Positions 58,416 to 64,000 of a stretch of 64,000 bases of DNA are shown in pieces. The stretch is from a virus. Lineage: Duplodnaviria > Heunggongvirae > Uroviricota > Caudoviricetes. The stretch lies in IMG/VR virus record IMGVR_UViG_3300005683_000050, positions 21,669-85,668 of that record; one strand, written 5' to 3'. The position numbers were made by a program, and so were the translations under genes. The first letter of the stretch is position 1. Every line of letters begins with the position of its first letter. The notes under the pieces were generated by a model. The model did no database searches. It saw only the letters and a list, made by a program, of their open reading frames with translations, and had not been told where the DNA came from.

Positions 58416-61400
58416 TAGTCTCCCATCCTACGGTGCTTGTTGGCATCTTTCTTTAGCTTGTTGAACATATCTCTCGGATTCTGAACGTCGTGCAGGACGA
58501 TGCTTTCTATAGAGATATACGTATCTCCATCTTTTTGATTCGGCACTGTCTGGGCAGAAATAGTCGGCATTGCTTGTGGTATTGCGTACACTGGCGTCAT
58601 CGTTCCAATCTCGGACATGCCATGCAGACTTTGGTTCATATTGGACAAAACATTTGCTGTGGCATTTAGATTTTCCAGATTAGAAAATGTAACGCGCGAC
58701 GACATTCTAGCAATGCTTTCCATTGCGTTGCTAGTTCCCCACAGTGCCAGTTCCAGCTCTGATGGTGAATGATGCACCAAGAAGTCTGGTATGGTCAGGT
58801 TTGCCAGACGTATACCAGCAAGTTCAATCGCGCGAGCTACTCCCATCCACGCATCTTCTAATCCAGTTGGCATCAATCGGTTAAACGTGTTCGCTACCAT
58901 GTCAGCGATGGTGTCAAAGTGTGCCATTACACCGTCGAACATGGTTTTAATCTCAGTTCCCAGTTCTTTGATAGCTTTTACAATCGGTGTAAAATCTGTA
59001 CTCGACGCCGCATCTGACGCGGCTGCGCCAGATGCTTGCGACTTGCCCTTATCCATTTCTGCTTTGAGTTGTTTCGCTACATCTGGAGTTAATTTACCAA
59101 GCGAAACAAGGTCGTCTATCACGGATTGCAGTCCTACTCTGAAACCATCTGGGATTTCAGCTCCAGAAGCCTTGATTGCATTCATCACCCCCAAAGCTTG
59201 ATTCAGGTTTCCCTGCATCGAATCCCATCGTGTCGGGTCTTCGCCAAGTTTTGTCAAGTCTTTGTTTAGGTTTAGCAAGATGTTAGCAAAGCTCTCGGCA
59301 TTCAGCTGGAGCAGTCCGAAATCTTGGAATCGGATTTTAGTAAAGTCTATCTGCGGAATTAAGCGCAGTAAATCCGTTAGGTGTTGCTTGCTTCCCATCA
59401 GCGATTGTTCAAACGGAGATGGGGAATGGCGTTGGAATGGGCCCAAATCAATACCCGCCAACTTAGCAGCCAGCTTGTCCAACTCATCCTCTATTAACTT
59501 TATACCATCCAGAATCTCACCGTTTGCAGAAACCCATTCGTCCAGCTTTTTAACAAAGTTGGATAGGGGAATGGTGTTTTTAGACAAAGACTCTGGGAGC
59601 TTGTCTACCTGCGCTATAGTTTCTGGGATGTCTGTTTTCAGACTACCAAACGATGCTTTGATAGATGCCATACTCTCCTGAAACATCCCAGTTGGCTTTT
59701 GAACGTCTTTTGTGAGTCCATCTGAAAACGTCTTTAGAGACGAGTTTAATATAGTTAGGTCGCTTGGTAGTTTTTGCACAGAGATGCCAGCACTAGCCAA
59801 TGCGTCTGACATTACTTTTGCGTTACTTCCAACTCCAGCCAGATTAGCCTGCGCGGTTTGAACTGGAGCTCCAGTTACAGCTCCAAATACCTGATTAGCA
59901 CCTGCGGCGGTACTCGCGACTGTCTCTGGGTCTAGCCCAAGAGCATTTGCCAAGTCAATCTTCTTGGCTTCCGACATGTTCGCCCAAACATTATCAAAGG
60001 CTTCCTTCATTAAGTTAGCCTTGCCAATGATAGCATCTATTTGTTGGTCAATGTTTCCCTGAATACCACTCAGGTCAACTACTCCCATGTCCAGCATTTT
60101 TCGCAAATTCGCCTTGTCCGCGAACAAGCTAAAATCTTTGAACTTTGCGGCAATCTGGTCTAGGTTTAGGTTTTGGAACATGCCCTGAACCATTGATAGT
60201 TGCGCTCTAAATTTCTCACCAAATTGACCAATATCTGTTCCAGTCGCAACCGCTTCAACGCGGCGTCTGAATTCATCCCACTTGTCTTGATATGGGCCGA
60301 GTGCTTCAGATTCTCGACGCAAGGCATCAATCTCACTATTTATTTGTGCGGTTCTGCCACGTCCAGCCCCTTCGAGTTGTGACTGTAGCTCGGATATTCT
60401 TTTTGTGATGTCGTATCGGTGTTGGTCTTGTTCCGTAACCTCTGTTGGACTAAGTGCCGACTCAACCATTCTACGCACTTCATCCATCACGCGCTTCATT
60501 TTGTCCTTGCCTTTGTCTATGGCATTTGCTGCACCATCGGTAAGACCATTTAGATATTCATCTCCATACAATGTTCCATCTCCGTATGCTTGCTTAACGA
60601 CTTCTTTTTGCCAATCGTTGCCAAACATATTTCGAGCTTCGTTTGCGCTCATGCCCAAAACGCGCAAGGCAGACATTGCCATTGCGAGCTTTTTTGTTGC
60701 ACTTGCTTGCTCATAAGCGGCTTCTGCCGCACTTAAGTGTAACCCAGCGATATTGAACAAACCGCCAGCCAACTTTGCGATTTCGTCTCCAGCGTTTTTC
60801 GCAAAACTTCCGATTCCACCTATTGCATTTCCAGCCTTATTACCACTTGCTACCGCCATGTTACTGGAGTTCACAAGAGAGTTTAGAGCGGATTTCAGAT
60901 TTGATGTGTCTCTGCCAAGTGCATCAAGGGCGCGAATCATCAATTCAAGAAACATCACCAATTGTACCTTTGCGCTCTGTAGAGCATTGATAATACTATC
61001 TTTAATAACTCCACCGAGCCAGTTCAGGGCATTTCCAACGTCGCTAACTCCGCCAGAAAATCCAGCGAGTTGTAAAACAAACTCAGCGAAGCTTACAGAC
61101 ATCTCTCCGACAACTTGCAATATCATACCGAATGCGGGTAGAATGCCAGTGGATAGTGCTTGCCACAAAAACTGGAAGAACACAATGACATTACCCAGTA
61201 TGAATTGCAGTCCACTCATAATACCGCTAAATATCTGAGTCCTATTCTGAACAGCTGTAACCGCTAGTCCGAGCAGTACCAGAGCTGCAACAATCGCTCC
61301 GATAACTACAACAACTGGTGATAGTGTTGCCAAAAATCCTCCGACAGCTGCGGCAATCCCACTGAATATGCCAGTGATTGCAGTTCCAAGAGACGCCACT

Positions 61401-62896
61401 GCCGCCGTAATTGCACCACCTATAGATGTAGCACTAACAGCAGAGACGATTCCGCTAATAACACTACCGATAGCTCCAATCCCAGATATGGCAGATTGAA
61501 CCACACTGATAGCAACAGAAACTCCACTAATCGCCTTGTTCAACAGAAAGAACGCAGCTATGGCAGTGAATATACTCTGCACAAATGCTGTAGTATTCCC
61601 ACCAGCTTGATTAAATAATTTTCCAAACAATGGCAATATGTACTGCTTTACAAATCCAGCTATTTTTTGAAGCGGTGGAATAATAGCATTTGCGATACTG
61701 TCACCGAACAATGTTCGGACAGCTCCTGCAATGTCTCCTGAGAATATCTGCTTAATTGCAGTTCTTATAAGAACGAATGCAGTACTAATTATGGACACAA
61801 TGGTACCGAAAATGCGCGCAGCATTGCTTCCAAAGTTATTCGATATACCGCCCAAGATGGCTTGAATTGGATTTACGCCCATCTTTATCAATGATAATGT
61901 GTCCTTAATGAACCCACCAATCTTTTTCGGCCATTCACCAAAGAGGTCAACAATGCCGCGTATGATTTTGCCGCCAATTTCGAGTCCAGCTTTAAGTCCG
62001 CCAGATGCTAAATACCCAGCGCGCAGCGCGGCGTCGAAGAACTCTGGACTAGCCATTTGTCCGATAAGGGCAACAATTTGAGGCTTGAACGGTTGCAGGA
62101 ATCCTTCCATAAACCTAGCTGCGCCTATTTCTCGCAAGTCCTGAAATGAAGAAATAAGTCCAGCCAGTAAGTTCATTTGCTGTTTAGCCGCACCCTTGAA
62201 GTTTTTCTCCATAATATCCGTAATAGCAAGGAGTGCTGTTTTTGCGGGGATAAGTCCCTTTTCTTGCATCGCTTGCAGCTCTGGGACTGTAACGTGGAAT
62301 TGCTCGGCAAGAACCTTTAGTAGTTCTCCGACTGGGAAACCAGCTTCAGCTAGCTGTCTCATTTCCTGACCAGCCAGCTTTCCTCTGTTCCCAATTTGGC
62401 CGATAGCAAGGGCAAGCCTCTCCAACAAGAACTGTGAAGAGCCAGTGGCAGATGCCATGTCTACCATATCTTGTGTGAGGCGTTGTGATTCCCTTGCGGT
62501 GAATCCGTACATTTTGGCTATACGGAATGTTTTTGATATATCTTCTGTCTTAAATGGAGACTGAATGGCGAGTTTTGTCATCCACTCACTCAGGACTGCC
62601 GCTTCACCGCTGGCGTGTTTAATTGAGTCGGCAACCGTCATGGTTGCGTCAGCCGCGCGTAGGTCTGCGGCAACCATTTGTGTAAATGCGGCATTCATAC
62701 GCTCTAAGAATACAAGCGTATTTGTTCCATCAGACAACAGGGTACTGACCGAATCCGAGACCTTGTTGATTGAGTCGGCTAATAAAATTCCACCAGCGAT
62801 TTTACCCATACTCGCAAAGGTGGAAGTTATTTTACCCAGAACGCCAGTTGCATTATCGGTTGCGGTAACAATAATTTGTAGAGTTTCACTAGCCAT
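58415..62896 (-). CDS. Tail tape measure protein
   Basis: 1493 aa, helical A/G-rich; tape-measure N-terminal motif (QSPF...LERLALAIGQI..RGKLAGQEMRQLAEAG). Confidence 0.93.
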   Translation of the reverse strand: MASETLQIIVTATDNATGVLGKITSTFASMGKIAGGILLADSINKVSDSVSTLLSDGTNTLVFLERMNAAFTQMVAADLRAADATMTVADSIKHASGEAAVLSEWMTKLAIQSPFKTEDISKTFRIAKMYGFTARESQRLTQDMVDMASATGSSQFLLERLALAIGQIGNRGKLAGQEMRQLAEAGFPVGELLKVLAEQFHVTVPELQAMQEKGLIPAKTALLAITDIMEKNFKGAAKQQMNLLAGLISSFQDLREIGAARFMEGFLQPFKPQIVALIGQMASPEFFDAALRAGYLASGGLKAGLEIGGKIIRGIVDLFGEWPKKIGGFIKDTLSLIKMGVNPIQAILGGISNNFGSNAARIFGTIVSIISTAFVLIRTAIKQIFSGDIAGAVRTLFGDSIANAIIPPLQKIAGFVKQYILPLFGKLFNQAGGNTTAFVQSIFTAIAAFFLLNKAISGVSVAISVVQSAISGIGAIGSVISGIVSAVSATSIGGAITAAVASLGTAITGIFSGIAAAVGGFLATLSPVVVVIGAIVAALVLLGLAVTAVQNRTQIFSGIMSGLQFILGNVIVFFQFLWQALSTGILPAFGMILQVVGEMSVSFAEFVLQLAGFSGGVSDVGNALNWLGGVIKDSIINALQSAKVQLVMFLELMIRALDALGRDTSNLKSALNSLVNSSNMAVASGNKAGNAIGGIGSFAKNAGDEIAKLAGGLFNIAGLHLSAAEAAYEQASATKKLAMAMSALRVLGMSANEARNMFGNDWQKEVVKQAYGDGTLYGDEYLNGLTDGAANAIDKGKDKMKRVMDEVRRMVESALSPTEVTEQDQHRYDITKRISELQSQLEGAGRGRTAQINSEIDALRRESEALGPYQDKWDEFRRRVEAVATGTDIGQFGEKFRAQLSMVQGMFQNLNLDQIAAKFKDFSLFADKANLRKMLDMGVVDLSGIQGNIDQQIDAIIGKANLMKEAFDNVWANMSEAKKIDLANALGLDPETVASTAAGANQVFGAVTGAPVQTAQANLAGVGSNAKVMSDALASAGISVQKLPSDLTILNSSLKTFSDGLTKDVQKPTGMFQESMASIKASFGSLKTDIPETIAQVDKLPESLSKNTIPLSNFVKKLDEWVSANGEILDGIKLIEDELDKLAAKLAGIDLGPFQRHSPSPFEQSLMGSKQHLTDLLRLIPQIDFTKIRFQDFGLLQLNAESFANILLNLNKDLTKLGEDPTRWDSMQGNLNQALGVMNAIKASGAEIPDGFRVGLQSVIDDLVSLGKLTPDVAKQLKAEMDKGKSQASGAAASDAASSTDFTPIVKAIKELGTEIKTMFDGVMAHFDTIADMVANTFNRLMPTGLEDAWMGVARAIELAGIRLANLTIPDFLVHHSPSELELALWGTSNAMESIARMSSRVTFSNLENLNATANVLSNMNQSLHGMSEIGTMTPVYAIPQAMPTISAQTVPNQKDGDTYISIESIVLHDVQNPRDMFNKLKKDANKHRRMGD

Positions 62897-63325
62897 CTTG
62901 TGCCTTTATGTTCCTTTGTTCGGCATACTTCATCCACTTGAAGAACCAGTCCATTTTGCTACCGCCCGCAATTTCCCAGGGGGGAGTCCCCCATTCTTCA
63001 GACGCAACTAACACCATAACCCACAAGGGAGCTTTTCCCTTGTGGTGTATGGCAGTTATTAGTTTGCGCTTTTCTCTGGGGGGACGGCTGCATCATTGAC
63101 CTCTTTGAGAGATTCTAGCAACTTATCGGTTGCCATCCTCATTTCTCGGATTGTCAATTCCCCAACTTTTGCTTGCGCCTCTTCAGTAGGAAGAGGTGTT
63201 CCATCCTCATTGACCACAAATAAGGCTAAGGCGTCTCGTATTTCAACAAGCTTGACTGCGCTCTCCAATCGGATTAGGTCATCCATCCTATTTCGGTCAA
63301 TATCAACTTTTAGGTTAAGAGTCAT
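62889..63325 (-). CDS. Tail assembly chaperone (63059-63325) with predicted -1 frameshift extension to 62889
   Basis: In-phase C CCC CCA at 63083-63077; the -1 frame is open and encodes ...EEWGTPPWEI...DWFFKW..., ending over the TMP start. Confidence 0.7.
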
Positions 63326-63338
63326 AATGCTCCTCGAA

Positions 63339-64000
63339 TTAAGTCAACGAAGTTAGTTCGTTGCAAACCACAATTTCAGCGAAGCGGGCAGCTGTGGCAT
63401 TATACTTTGCGACGAAGGTTGCCTTGATAATGTCGTTGCCGTCCTGTTCGTCAATTTTATCGAACTTTGTCCACTTTCCAGCCAGGTCAATGCGTAACGC
63501 CTTTGTGCTGTAGTTTGTTCCAGCTGTGGTAAGCGTATTGCCGTTGAACTGTACTCGGATTAGTCTGGACGTTTGAGTGCGCCAATATCCCTTTTCAGCA
63601 ACCGAAGTGCTGTCGTGTTCAAAGGTGATTTCCATTGTCACTTCTGGACGCACCGCTTTGGTAAAAGCATAATACAGATAGCCATCTCCAGTAAAGACAG
63701 GAGTCACGCCAGTTTTTACCGTCAAGTCCATACCCAAGAATGTGTTGCTTTTCTGGGTAGAACCGATTGTTCCACCTACCGCGTCAATATACAGCTTGCC
63801 ATTTCCGAACAGAATATCTTCAACAGCTGGAATAGACAATGCAGCTGTATATGTTGCATTTGCTACCTGTCTGCCTTTCCAGTCCGCCGACATCATCAGT
63901 GCCTCGCCAGGCTTTCCAGAAAGCTTAAACTGCTCGACAAAGCTATACTCCATCACTTCAGCTTGCTGATTATCTCCACCCTCAATAGTATAGTTAGCCA
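63339..64000 (-). CDS. Major tail tube protein (5' part outside the window)
   Basis: Open to the window edge; position upstream of chaperone and TMP. Confidence 0.8.
   Translation of the reverse strand, partial: ANYTIEGGDNQQAEVMEYSFVEQFKLSGKPGEALMMSADWKGRQVANATYTAALSIPAVEDILFGNGKLYIDAVGGTIGSTQKSNTFLGMDLTVKTGVTPVFTGDGYLYYAFTKAVRPEVTMEITFEHDSTSVAEKGYWRTQTSRLIRVQFNGNTLTTAGTNYSTKALRIDLAGKWTKFDKIDEQDGNDIIKATFVAKYNATAARFAEIVVCNELTSLT

Larger units (their letters stand above)
1..64000. mobile_element. Segment of a large tailed bacteriophage genome (early accessory region plus tail morphogenesis operon)
   Basis: Tape measure, tail tube, chaperone and tail fibre gene order at 50-64 kb; dense small phage-type ORFs; no host housekeeping genes seen. 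Confidence 0.95.

Noticed and set aside
50205-63099. Plus-strand ORFs antisense to tail genes
   Set aside because: Shadow ORFs of long minus-strand structural genes, with no SD or promoter support
1-64000. Integrase, transposase, diversity-generating retroelement, rRNA or endolysin
   Set aside because: No recognisable motifs in this window; they may lie elsewhere in the genome

Overview
This window is part of a large tailed dsDNA phage (siphovirus-like) genome, not host chromosome. 47.3-64 kb is a minus-strand late operon: tail tube, tail assembly chaperone with a probable -1 frameshift, 1493-aa tape measure, distal tail and hub proteins, a 1749-aa tail fibre, and small membrane/holin-like genes. 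0-11.4 kb holds accessory genes, mostly minus strand after 3.3 kb: a DPPF-type DNA methylase, metallophosphoesterase, RelA/SpoT-type HD hydrolase, cyclic-phosphate REC domain and DUF5662. 11.5-47.2 kb is an unusual early/host-takeover region of roughly 80 tiny genes. Many of these have their own near-consensus sigma70 promoter, often with the -35 TTGACA fused to the previous gene's TGA and often leaderless. The most striking signal is non-coding. (i) 18 copies of a promoter-driven small-RNA cassette with a covarying 5' hairpin and a conserved AGGAGGGCAGGAG tail. (ii) More than 30 Gram-positive/Chloroflexota-type LexA boxes (AGAAC-N4-GTTCT). (iii) About 35 GTTACATAAGA motifs. (iv) About 30 same-strand TTCGACCACG repeats in 14-15 bp tandem clusters, most served by a dedicated antisense promoter. 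(v) 8 CTGTCT-N4-AGACAG palindromes. (vi) About ten promoter-linked, highly structured intergenic RNAs, including a tRNA-like element with a shortened anticodon arm. Structures were read by eye and family names come from motif recognition; no database search or folding program was run, and motif counts are manual and approximate.
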